From an uncultured archaeon (GTDB lineage: Archaea > Asgardarchaeota > Thorarchaeia > Thorarchaeales > Thorarchaeaceae), in assembly GCA_964473825.1 (NCBI GenBank), contig CAYYQL010000063.1, positions 1 through 10,266 of the forward strand: DNA of 10,266 bases, given 5' to 3'. Below the pieces are notes generated by a model. It was not told the origin of the DNA, searched no databases, and worked only from the letters and a program-made list of their open reading frames with translations. This document shows positions 1 through 7,654 of this stretch, piece after piece (position 1 is the stretch's first letter; each line of letters starts with the position of its first letter). Made by a program: the position numbers and the translations under genes.

Positions 1-19
1 CCACCACCATGGCATTCAT
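1..19 (-). CDS. Possible 5' end of a gene leaving the window (MNAMVV...)
   Basis: ATG at 19 (alternative ATG at 10), preceded on the minus strand by GTGA and a TTATAT box at about 32-38. Only 6 codons are visible. Confidence 0.3.
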
Positions 20-333
20 ATGTTTTCACGCATATAATGATTCACATCAGCGAGGGGCAAACGACGGATGACATGGGCAGTCGGGTTGTCATTGTTATCA
101 AGATGCTCTCTTACGGACGGTTCATTATCAGTTGTACGGTCTTGGACACCAGAGTGTCGAAGTACCAAGGAACGGTAATAGAGCAACTCTGTGAGGTCTA
201 TACTGTTTCAGGTCAGCCGCACCCTCTGATGATTGTTCTGAGCCACATAGGGACCTATCAGTTATTTCCAGCTGTTGTCTGATTGATATCGAGTTATATC
301 CAGGTTTCACGAAGCGTCCTGCAACCCGTAGTT

Positions 334-984
334 CTAGGTATCACGACGGTCCTTGCAGCCGGGCCGGGGTCTAAGGCCGAGATGGCGCATTAGCTTCCCA
401 CCGGGCATCCTTCTTTCTTCACTATCTTCATTATCAGATGAATCCACGGGCACGTCTCGGCGTCCAACCTGTTTGAAACCATATGCAGTGATGAGTAGCC
501 GGGATGGGCGATTCTTCTCGAAGACCTCACAGTAAATCTCTTCTACACCTGCTTCGAGAAAGTACTCGGAAGCTCTCTGAATCAATGCGGTAGCTATTCC
601 TCGACGTCTACGAGAGGGGAGTACGCCGATACCTGTGATTTCGCCGTATACAGACTCTTCATCCTTCTCCACAAAACAGGCAATGAAACCCGCGAGGTCC
701 CCGCCAAGTAAGGCAACAAATATGCCATCGGTATCAAGATTCTTAGCATCTTCCAGAGTGAGTGGACAGAAAGGGTCAGGTGAGGCGATGAAACAGCGAT
801 TGTAGAGCTCAACAAATCCTTCCATCTCATCTCGACGAAGGTTTCTGACCGTGATATATGTCGGAATGTCTTTGTCTTTCCACCAGTCGCTGGCCAGTTC
901 CAGTGCCTCTTGAGCATCCGCCTTCATGATCAAGTAAGAGTGCACAGAAGTATCCGTCTTAGACTCAACTCCATCTGCGGCCAT
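334..984 (-). CDS. GNAT-family N-acetyltransferase (RimI-like C-terminal domain)
   Basis: Acetyl-CoA motif A IGVLPSRRRRGIATALI and motif B EVFEKNRPSRLLITAYGF. Start moved from 999 to ATG 984 (MAADG) because GGAGG lies 8 nt upstream of it. Confidence 0.88.
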   Translation of the reverse strand: MAADGVESKTDTSVHSYLIMKADAQEALELASDWWKDKDIPTYITVRNLRRDEMEGFVELYNRCFIASPDPFCPLTLEDAKNLDTDGIFVALLGGDLAGFIACFVEKDEESVYGEITGIGVLPSRRRRGIATALIQRASEYFLEAGVEEIYCEVFEKNRPSRLLITAYGFKQVGRRDVPVDSSDNEDSEERRMPGGKLMRHLGLRPRPGCKDRRDT

Positions 985-1046
985 CAGCCAGTCCTCCATT
1001 AGTACTGTGTAATCATAGATAACAATCTGTTGATAATTTGTATCGT

Positions 1047-1853
1047 CTACTCCGATAAGAGTGAGTCTATGGCTGCCACAGTTGCCTGTATCGATCTCTG
1101 AACAGCCTCGATCAAGAGAGGGTTCTGTTCGCCCGTTTCTTTACTCTCGTCCTCTTGTTCACCCTTTTGCTCACCGTGAAGATTACCGTCGCAGGATAGA
1201 ATCGATGCGGCCTCAAGACCGCGGGTGCTTGCAAACACGTACACGAGCGAACTCTCCATCTCAACACACTTGACGCGCGCCTTTGTCCAGATGTCTAGCT
1301 GGTCTGCAACCCGGGCAGCATAGTAGACATCACTTGTCCAGCATATTCCTGTATGAACACGGTCAGGCGGCAGCAGCTTAGCAACCTCCCCATGAAGGGC
1401 TTCAAACCACCTGTACGAAGCCACCGCAGGATACTCAATGGGTGCATAGTTGAGACTGGTCCGTTCATCTCGAATGCATCCAGTTGGAATAATAACATCT
1501 CCTGCCACAACCTGAGGATCTATACCCCCACAAGAACCGATACGGATTATAACCTCGGCCCCTAGCTTAGCAAGTTCTTCTATGCAGATATGAGTTGAGG
1601 GGGTCCCAATGCCAGTGCCCGAGATTGTCACGGGAATCCCTTGGGGCGTATACGCCCGATATGTCACAAAGCCTCGATATCGAGCAATCTCTTCCGCATC
1701 GCTCATTGCAGAGGCGATTTTGGGAATCCTATCAGGATTCCCTGCAATCAATACTATTCGTTCTACGTCACCGTCTCCAACACGAAGATGCGGCTGAATT
1801 CGACGCTTCAAGTCAAACACCGGGTAGCAGATGCGACTTGTTTCCTTTTTCAC
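1047..1853 (-). CDS. Nucleoside phosphorylase, PNP_UDP_1 (NP-I) family, uridine-phosphorylase-like
   Basis: Motifs GNPDR, GTGIGTPS, IRIGSCG, RDERTSLNYAPIEYPAVA and VEMES. The GTG start overlaps the upstream gene's TGA (GTGA). Confidence 0.9.
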   Translation of the reverse strand: MKKETSRICYPVFDLKRRIQPHLRVGDGDVERIVLIAGNPDRIPKIASAMSDAEEIARYRGFVTYRAYTPQGIPVTISGTGIGTPSTHICIEELAKLGAEVIIRIGSCGGIDPQVVAGDVIIPTGCIRDERTSLNYAPIEYPAVASYRWFEALHGEVAKLLPPDRVHTGICWTSDVYYAARVADQLDIWTKARVKCVEMESSLVYVFASTRGLEAASILSCDGNLHGEQKGEQEDESKETGEQNPLLIEAVQRSIQATVAAIDSLLSE

Positions 1854-2071
1854 TGTTCGGTTTCTGACTGGCCGGGCGAAGACTGAGGGGATTCCATTCT
1901 CTTCATCACGCAGTCAACACAGACCCAGTGACCTGCAACCAAGAAAGTCCTTCCTAGATACACCAGTGATTTGCCGCATATAGAACAGGGGTTCAGCGAG
2001 TCGGGATAGTTTTCAGACAGGTATACCAGTAGAAGCGATATGAGTCTCCTGTGGCCAGACAGCGTTTGCAC
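1850..2071 (-). CDS. Small C4 zinc-finger protein of unknown function (start uncertain)
   Basis: CSICG...CVDC pair of CxxC motifs. The 4-nt stop/start overlap with the phosphorylase suggests translational coupling. Confidence 0.65.
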   Translation of the reverse strand: MQTLSGHRRLISLLLVYLSENYPDSLNPCSICGKSLVYLGRTFLVAGHWVCVDCVMKRMESPQSSPGQSETEQ

Positions 2072-2183
2072 AACATCAGCATCCTTTCCAATGCGTTCGC
2101 ATGATTCCTTATTAGCTCCGAGAACATAATTCTGATCTGCTCATCCCAAGAAGATTCCTATAATAGCATTCTGTGGACAGACA

Positions 2184-2190
2184 TTATTTA
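2184..2190 (+). promoter_or_regulatory. TATA-like box, bracketed by inverted repeat GGACAG (2175-2180) / CTGTCC (2205-2210)
   Basis: TTATTTA about 55 nt upstream of the SD-led ORF at 2244. Confidence 0.4.
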
Positions 2191-2243
2191 CTGGTGTGCA
2201 CGGCCTGTCCGCTCATCCGAGTCTGAATGATAGAGGTGCGAAA

Positions 2244-2489
2244 CTGGTAAGTGTAGGCTTTGACGATGATTGTTACCGACATGGTCAGAAGGACACCTTG
2301 GAGTTTTCGTGGCCCGAGGGCCCAAGCTCTAACCACCTCGAACCGAGCTGCAGTGATGTTACCTGTGCATTGCTCACGATATGTCCATTAGACCAGCGAC
2401 CCTCCATTCCTGACAAGCTTCTCATAGACGCAACCTGCCCGGGTGGATACAAATCCTCAAGGGGCACCCCAATTCTTGGTCTATACTGA
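2244..2489 (+). CDS. Small Cys-rich hypothetical protein (about 81 aa, MVSVGFDDDCYRHG...), probable CTG start
   Basis: SD GAGGTG at 2233-2238, 5 nt before an in-frame CTG. Five Cys. Fills the gap and ends 10 nt from the convergent GNAT stop. The ORF track instead starts it at GTG 2196. Confidence 0.55.
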   Translation: MVSVGFDDDCYRHGQKDTLEFSWPEGPSSNHLEPSCSDVTCALLTICPLDQRPSIPDKLLIDATCPGGYKSSRGTPILGLY

Positions 2490-2499
2490 TGACCATTCA

Positions 2500-3804
2500 C
2501 TAGCAATGATAGAATGGAACGTGGCTCTCCTTCTTTGGAAAGAGTGTTTCGACCAGCCCCCGTATTCTACCACTCACGATGAAGTCCGAATTCATCTCGC
2601 TTAGTTCCTTTACACTATTATGGCCAAGCAAGAGCCTGACGAAGTCCTGACGCATGCTTCTGAATTCAGTATGCTTGTCGTGCCCTTGGAAGCCGATATT
2701 CTCCACAGATGTGATTTGTCCCTCAACAACGCGGAGTACGTAGCAGTCACGATAGGTGTTTATGGCGAACTCTCTCGTGAGAAACTCATACATCGTGCCT
2801 TCCAGGCGTTTCTTAAGAATCGGAGCCGCCTTTTTCAGGAAATTGGTCACATCAGGAATCCTGACTTGGTAACGCCAGCCACGACTCATCTGCCCTCCTA
2901 AGTCTAGACCGACTTGGCTCATATTACAGACCTGAGTTCCTGGAAGGGCAATGTTACAGACATCATTATCCTTTGCCAAATCACGAACATGGACAAGTGC
3001 ACGTAAGACACCGGGATAGCTGCGTATACTGCTCTCTAGGATATCAACAAGGTGAATGCTCTCGGCGTCTTTCTCTCGGCGAAGTGTAACACGGAAATAG
3101 CCTACAATCCCGCCAGCATCCTCCAATACGTAGGTGCTGAAGGGCTGTGCATATTCTTTTTGATTCGTTTCTTGTTGCTCCCATAGAAGCTTTGACCGAT
3201 TTGAGCTGATAAGAAGGCGGTCACAGAACTGTTCATAGAGTACTATCATATGCGGGATGTCATCAGTGGTTGCGTGCCGAATCTTGAGGGACATAAGATT
3301 GGGAAAGTCGTCTACGGAGGTATCCGGAATCTGATCTGGTCTTATGTAGACACTACGTCCCAGAGGAATGATGAAATCGTAGTCGAATTGACGATAGAAG
3401 AAGGGGACCCCCATAATAGTGGAGATGTCGTAGTTGCCTTCTCTCAGAACTCTGTCGAAGTACTGATACAGAAGCGCCACGAGGCCCTTTCGCCTGTACT
3501 CTTCAGTGGTTCCGACAAAGCCCAGCTCCAGGTTCCTAAGTGGGATGCCTTCGTAGGACCAGACACTGGGAATTGAATTGAGAGAGGAAACAATCTTGCC
3601 GCTGTCACTCTCACGAATGTAGTAGTTCATCTCCCTGCCAAACCCTGGGAGACATTCAATCATTCGACGAAGGGATTCACCATCCTCATCTCCGTGAATG
3701 GCGACATTGAACTCGATTAGCTGCTCCTGTTCCTCGTCGGTTTCCACAACGCCGAACTCTAGACCGTCGGGGATATCTAACCCATCAATGTTTTTCACGG
3801 TCAT
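2500..3804 (-). CDS. Eis-like GNAT acetyltransferase (GNAT-GNAT-SCP2-like architecture)
   Basis: VGTTEEYRRKGLV motif A, GVPFFYRQFDY, a second GNAT-like domain (GIVGYFR) and an SCP2-like C-terminus (DFVRLLLG...LVETLFP). Start set at ATG 3804, after GGAGATGA. Confidence 0.85.
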   Translation of the reverse strand: MTVKNIDGLDIPDGLEFGVVETDEEQEQLIEFNVAIHGDEDGESLRRMIECLPGFGREMNYYIRESDSGKIVSSLNSIPSVWSYEGIPLRNLELGFVGTTEEYRRKGLVALLYQYFDRVLREGNYDISTIMGVPFFYRQFDYDFIIPLGRSVYIRPDQIPDTSVDDFPNLMSLKIRHATTDDIPHMIVLYEQFCDRLLISSNRSKLLWEQQETNQKEYAQPFSTYVLEDAGGIVGYFRVTLRREKDAESIHLVDILESSIRSYPGVLRALVHVRDLAKDNDVCNIALPGTQVCNMSQVGLDLGGQMSRGWRYQVRIPDVTNFLKKAAPILKKRLEGTMYEFLTREFAINTYRDCYVLRVVEGQITSVENIGFQGHDKHTEFRSMRQDFVRLLLGHNSVKELSEMNSDFIVSGRIRGLVETLFPKKESHVPFYHC

Positions 3805-3878
3805 GATAGACTCATCTCCATGAGTGTCCCGACCATCACATCTCTGCTTAAGAAGCATGTGAAGAAGACCGCATCGTA

Positions 3879-4550
3879 TCAGCTAGCCTTCAGGTAGTAA
3901 TCACATAGATTCGTGAGGGGGCAGACCTGGCACCGAGGGGAATTCCTGAGACACACTAATGCGACAAGGTCAATCATTCCCCAGTATAGCCGCTTGTCGT
4001 GGTCGGGATGCCCAATATGGCTAACCAGCGTCCAGATGGCTTCATCATCAGGAGAATCTGCCTCAAGACCGAAGAATCGTGAAACTAGATGAGCAATGTT
4101 ACTGTCCACCATGGGCACAGACTCACCGAAGGCGAAATTGAGAATTGCTGCAGCGCTATAACGTCCGAGTCCCGGAAGCGTGCACAAGATATCATAATCA
4201 TCTGGTACCTCTCCTCCATGTTCATCTTGGATTATCTTTGAGGTTTGAGATAGATGCGTTGCCCGGACTCTCTGGAGACCTAAGCCCTCAACCGCCCCCT
4301 GAATCTCATCCAGCTCGGCCTGTGCTAGTTCCTTGATACAGCTGAACTCGTCAAGGAAAGGCGTGTATTTCCGTTCTACGGCCGTGGCCGTGGTGCGCCG
4401 CAGAAGCATCTCGGCAATTAGAATACGATATGGTGTTGTATCTTCACGCCATGGGTATTCACGGCCATTATCAACAAACCAGGAAACGACAGACTCCCTG
4501 AATCTGCCAAGAGTCTTCTCATCGGGTATTTCCACAGAAGGCAATCTCAT
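3879..4550 (-). CDS. mig: HhH-GPD DNA glycosylase, Mig type (T/U:G mismatch), MutY-related, with 4Fe-4S cluster
   Basis: YPWR; AEMLLRRTTA (Mig-type LLRRT rather than MutY LQQT); HhH LPGLGRYSA with Tyr at the Nth lyase-Lys position; catalytic Asp in VDSN; C-X6-C-X2-C-X5-C. No MutT-like C-terminal domain. Confidence 0.8.
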   Translation of the reverse strand: MRLPSVEIPDEKTLGRFRESVVSWFVDNGREYPWREDTTPYRILIAEMLLRRTTATAVERKYTPFLDEFSCIKELAQAELDEIQGAVEGLGLQRVRATHLSQTSKIIQDEHGGEVPDDYDILCTLPGLGRYSAAAILNFAFGESVPMVDSNIAHLVSRFFGLEADSPDDEAIWTLVSHIGHPDHDKRLYWGMIDLVALVCLRNSPRCQVCPLTNLCDYYLKAS

Positions 4551-4566
4551 CAGTGTCCCTGTGATT

Positions 4567-5985
4567 TCAAGTCATATAACGGGAGAGGTCTAGCTGATAT
4601 GGGTCGATCTCCCAGTCGCCACGTCCGTAGGACCACTCTGTGGCGAAGTCGGTCGCTCCTCGCGATCCTTTCACTCTTACAGTCATGATTGGTTGAACCA
4701 GATCGATATCGGGGCGTTCTTCTAGATGCTTGAATGTATTATAGTATTGGACTTGATGTTTTCCAGGAACGGTCAACCACACGATTATTCCCTCAGCCGA
4801 CAGGAAATAGGTGGCTTGTGGTACAAGAGTCAGAATACGAAGGATGTAATCCCGGCCATGTTCATTGCATATTATCTCGAAACAGAAACTAGAGTCGAGT
4901 CCTAGTCCATCGAAGCTGATGTAGGGTAAGACGATTCCCTGTTTCTTAAGCCGCCGCACAACCGCGCCCACCTCCACCGCATTAAAATCGAGTCCTCTTG
5001 TCCGAAGATTTCTCGCTAATTCACTAGGTGGTGCGCGGTAGTCAAGTTTCAATTGGCTACCGACCACAAAATCGACGGGTGAGAATCCTTCAATTGGACC
5101 ACGACATCTGAGCATATAACGGTCAAGGCTCTCCAATGGAATCTCTCCACCCTTATGGAACCCCAAGTGTTCGGAGATAACCCACTCATTGTTGTTGAAG
5201 AGACTGAAATTGTACCTCTGGCCTGTCGCTTGCTGCACGTGGATAGTTGCGTAATCGAAGATGTTATGCGTGAGCTTGGAAACACTACGACTGAAAGCTG
5301 AAATCCGTTCTTCTCCTCCCGGAAACAGAAATGTCGCGTAGCCCAAATCGGTCATTGTCGTCTTCAGAATGGTTTTTGTGAAGGGAAAGTGAGCCAGACC
5401 CATCTCTATGTTCGGCCAGTCAGCGCCATCTTGTAACCTAAAGAATACTACGACTGAATTTATCCCAAAAGCGGTCGTATCTAAGAAACAAGAAAATCGG
5501 AGGTATAGCCGTTCTGTTAGACGCTTCAGGGATCGCGTTACAGTACGAGATGAAACGCCAAGATGGGAAGAAGCATCGGCTGTTGACGAGTCCGGATTCT
5601 TGGCAAAATATGCGAGGGTATTGAGGTCATTGGCTGCAATCGGGGTTTCGGGCATTAAGAATGCAAAGGTCAGCGCAGACCTCACGGAATCGGCATTGTT
5701 GAGGTTATACTTCTTGAGTGTTCTCAGGTTGTCGATGATTCTCTCTTTCACAACCTCGTTCAGAGGAATGGTAGTGGGATTGAAGGGATACTTTGTGTAT
5801 TCGGGGTTCTCCTTGAGCTCTGAAACCCCCTTGGAGGCAAGATCGAAAGATATAGTCCCGGAACACAGACCGAGATAGATGCGGATGGCATCAAGATAGA
5901 AGCTCACGGTTTCATCGTTTGTGGTGGGGACTATATCGTCGTAGGGTGTCACAATTTGTGACAATGCATCGCGTTTGGTATCCAC
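4567..5985 (-). CDS. Large Lrp/AsnC-like winged-HTH protein with duplicated HTH + RAM-like modules and an N-terminal extension
   Basis: HTH1 LNTLAYFAKNPDSSTADASSHLGVSSRTVTRSLKRL, then LDTTAFG. HTH2 DYRAPPSELARNL...VVRRLKKQGIV, then ISFDGLG. Start likely GTG 5985 after AAGGTG; the ORF track gives 5997. Confidence 0.75.
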   Translation of the reverse strand: MDTKRDALSQIVTPYDDIVPTTNDETVSFYLDAIRIYLGLCSGTISFDLASKGVSELKENPEYTKYPFNPTTIPLNEVVKERIIDNLRTLKKYNLNNADSVRSALTFAFLMPETPIAANDLNTLAYFAKNPDSSTADASSHLGVSSRTVTRSLKRLTERLYLRFSCFLDTTAFGINSVVVFFRLQDGADWPNIEMGLAHFPFTKTILKTTMTDLGYATFLFPGGEERISAFSRSVSKLTHNIFDYATIHVQQATGQRYNFSLFNNNEWVISEHLGFHKGGEIPLESLDRYMLRCRGPIEGFSPVDFVVGSQLKLDYRAPPSELARNLRTRGLDFNAVEVGAVVRRLKKQGIVLPYISFDGLGLDSSFCFEIICNEHGRDYILRILTLVPQATYFLSAEGIIVWLTVPGKHQVQYYNTFKHLEERPDIDLVQPIMTVRVKGSRGATDFATEWSYGRGDWEIDPYQLDLSRYMT

Positions 5986-6022
5986 GTGGTGTCCCACCTT
6001 GGTTAGGACGCTGCTATACTGA

Positions 6023-7075
6023 TCAAAAGAGGTACGGCAGAATGTCCTTCAATCCTTTTCTTATAATCCGTGCTTCCGTTATGAATGTAGATACTTGCGC
6101 GTCTGACTTAAGCATGTTGGATAGCGAAATTGATAGCCCAAACCAATCAGAGGCACTAGGTAGGCTGATATCCACTGCCATAAGTCGACTCCCCGAGAGA
6201 ATCCTAGCTCTTGGCAATAGATGCCCCTGAGTGTGCAGGAGTCGTGAAACGCTGCTGCCCCTAGTAAGGTCATTGACACAAGTAACGATACTTGGTCCGA
6301 GTCCTATGTTCTGAATCTCTATGTAGGGACGAGCCAGCCGTTCTCTATAATCAGAGAGCCTTCTTCGGATTGTCCTGAGGGAGGGGGGCGAAAGCCCAAG
6401 AGTGAGCATATAATCATAGACCTGAGCAGCACCGGAGTAGTAATCACTCTCAAGGCACGCTCCAGTTGCATGAATATCGGCTGAAACTCCTCTCGAAGGC
6501 CCCTGGTCGAGTGGAGCGTTAGCTGGAAGGATCTCTGAGAACTCCCGTGCTGCGTCGATTGATGCCTCAAACCTGAAATCAGTCGCGAAGTTCCAGCTAT
6601 TGCCATTGAAGAGCCCAAGGTTCAGGTGTTCGGTGATGGTCGAAACAGGTTCGCATTCGATATTCAGATTATAGGGGCGCTTCTCAAACCTGGCCAGTTT
6701 CTCCAAGAAATTGGAATGGTGCCGTCCAAGAGGCAAGAGTACTTCGAAATACACTCTCTCGTCCGTCTTGGTACTCATGAGCGCGTCTGCCTTGGCTATA
6801 ACAAACGGATTTGCATCAAGCCATCTGGAGAACTTCTCAACGGCAGCTGCATCTTCCTCACTCCATACCCAACCAATAAGTATCGAGAAGCCAAGGACGT
6901 AGTAGTCCAGAAGACAGCGAACACGGAGACTCCTTTCATCCACTAATCGATTCCATATCTGGCTTACCGCAGACCGGCTGACACCAAGCTGTTCTGCAAT
7001 ACCAACCTGTCTCTCTGTAGGGTTGATTGCCAAGCGCCTCAGCACTCGAAGCTCAGAAGGACCAAGAGGTTTCAA
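6023..7075 (-). CDS. Lrp/AsnC-like winged-HTH protein with duplicated modules; paralog of the downstream gene
   Basis: N-terminal HTH ELRVLRRLAINPTERQVGIAEQLGVSRSAVSQIWNRL, then LDYYVLG. Second HTH-like SLRTIRRRL...IQNIGLG. TTG start. Confidence 0.78.
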   Translation of the reverse strand: MKPLGPSELRVLRRLAINPTERQVGIAEQLGVSRSAVSQIWNRLVDERSLRVRCLLDYYVLGFSILIGWVWSEEDAAAVEKFSRWLDANPFVIAKADALMSTKTDERVYFEVLLPLGRHHSNFLEKLARFEKRPYNLNIECEPVSTITEHLNLGLFNGNSWNFATDFRFEASIDAAREFSEILPANAPLDQGPSRGVSADIHATGACLESDYYSGAAQVYDYMLTLGLSPPSLRTIRRRLSDYRERLARPYIEIQNIGLGPSIVTCVNDLTRGSSVSRLLHTQGHLLPRARILSGSRLMAVDISLPSASDWFGLSISLSNMLKSDAQVSTFITEARIIRKGLKDILPYLF

Positions 7076-7106
7076 GTCAAGTCATATCAGGATACTCGTG
7101 GCCACT

Positions 7107-7118
7107 TGTTAAGATTTT
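7107..7118 (-). promoter_or_regulatory. Putative BRE/TATA promoter for the regulator operon
   Basis: Minus strand reads AAAATCTTAACA about 35 nt upstream of the TTG at 7075. Confidence 0.4.
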
Positions 7119-7235
7119 GGGTCGAGAAATCGTCAGGATTTTCGGTCCTGCGAGCCAACTTCACGAGAGCGAGCTCCCCCATGCAGAAGAATGGAGACAG
7201 AAGGCTTGGAATATCGATTTTTCGTACCCCGCTTC

Positions 7236-7244
7236 TTTTATTTA
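7236..7244 (+). promoter_or_regulatory. Putative TATA box for the micropeptide transcript
   Basis: TTTTATTTA. Predicted TSS about 7265-7272, just before the first leader hairpin. Confidence 0.5.
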
Positions 7245-7276
7245 GGACCTAGCCCCCATATACTTGTCAGTTGTAA

Positions 7277-7389
7277 ATGGAGTCCGACGAAGAACGGTCT
7301 CTATGAAGTGTTGCGCAAATGAAAGCCACACAGCTTCAGTGTGGACACTTAGATACCTGACCATCTGGCGGAAAAAGGCCAGGAGGTGA
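7277..7389 (+). promoter_or_regulatory. Structured 5' leader: three consecutive stems, the last sequestering SD AGGAGGTGA
   Basis: H1 ATGGAG-T-CCG/CGG-T-CTCTAT (7277-7304). H2 AAGTGT/ACACTT (7306-7350) enclosing CCACAC/GTGTGG. H3 ACC-A-TCTGGC/GCCAGG-A-GGT (7360-7387). Confidence 0.5.
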
Positions 7390-7394
7390 ATACA

Positions 7395-7529
7395 ATCAGC
7401 GCCGCAAGTATGCGAGAAGTGTACGAGTCTTTGACAGAGAGTCGTATCGTTCTCGAGCTCTGTGCAAAGGGTGTCGGTGATCTATCGACCATCGTACAAC
7501 CTCCATGCGAAGATCCTTGTCCTTTCTAG
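7395..7529 (+). CDS. Micropeptide 1: (M)SAASMREVYESLTESRIVLELCAKGVGDLSTIVQPPCEDPCPF (44 aa from ATC 7395, or 39 aa from ATG 7410)
   Basis: Perfect SD AGGAGGTGA at 7381-7389 and an open frame to TAG 7527-7529. Its C-terminal motif is shared with micropeptide 2. Confidence 0.6.
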   Translation: MSAASMREVYESLTESRIVLELCAKGVGDLSTIVQPPCEDPCPF

Positions 7530-7594
7530 ACTTCAGCTTTTGCTACGAGGAGACTGAGGTCGGGAAAGGTCAGCTGACGGCGTTGACTGGCCGT
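7517..7594 (+). other. Structured RNA spacer overlapping the stop of micropeptide 1, with competing helices
   Basis: CCTTTCT-A-GACTTCAG (7521-7536) pairs with CTGAGGTC-G-GGAAAGG (7554-7569). Alternatives are GGTCAGC/GTTGACT (7568-7588) and ACGGC/GCCGT (7577-7594). G-U pairs favour the + strand. Confidence 0.55.
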
Positions 7595-7654
7595 AAGCCG
7601 GATGTATGATAACATCGACTTACAGCAACAATTCACAGGAGGATGAGAGAAAAA

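Noticed and set aside
37-310. ORF-track ORFs 37-282 (+) and 128-310 (-)
   Set aside because: No SD or recognisable motif, and they overlap each other.
2486-2520. CTGATGA followed by a stem (hammerhead-like)
   Set aside because: No GAAA core or stems I/III, and it overlaps two convergent stop regions.
7562-7594. GGGAAAG slippery-like heptamer followed by a possible pseudoknot
   Set aside because: It lies after the peptide 1 stop with no spacer, and the connecting loop would be 1 nt, too short. Treated as alternative helices instead.
7529-7600. Minus-strand fragments resembling c-di-AMP (ydaO) riboswitch motifs (CCGTCAGCT, CCTCGTAG, GCTGAA)
   Set aside because: The motifs are in the wrong order, the core is missing, and G-U pairs favour the + strand.
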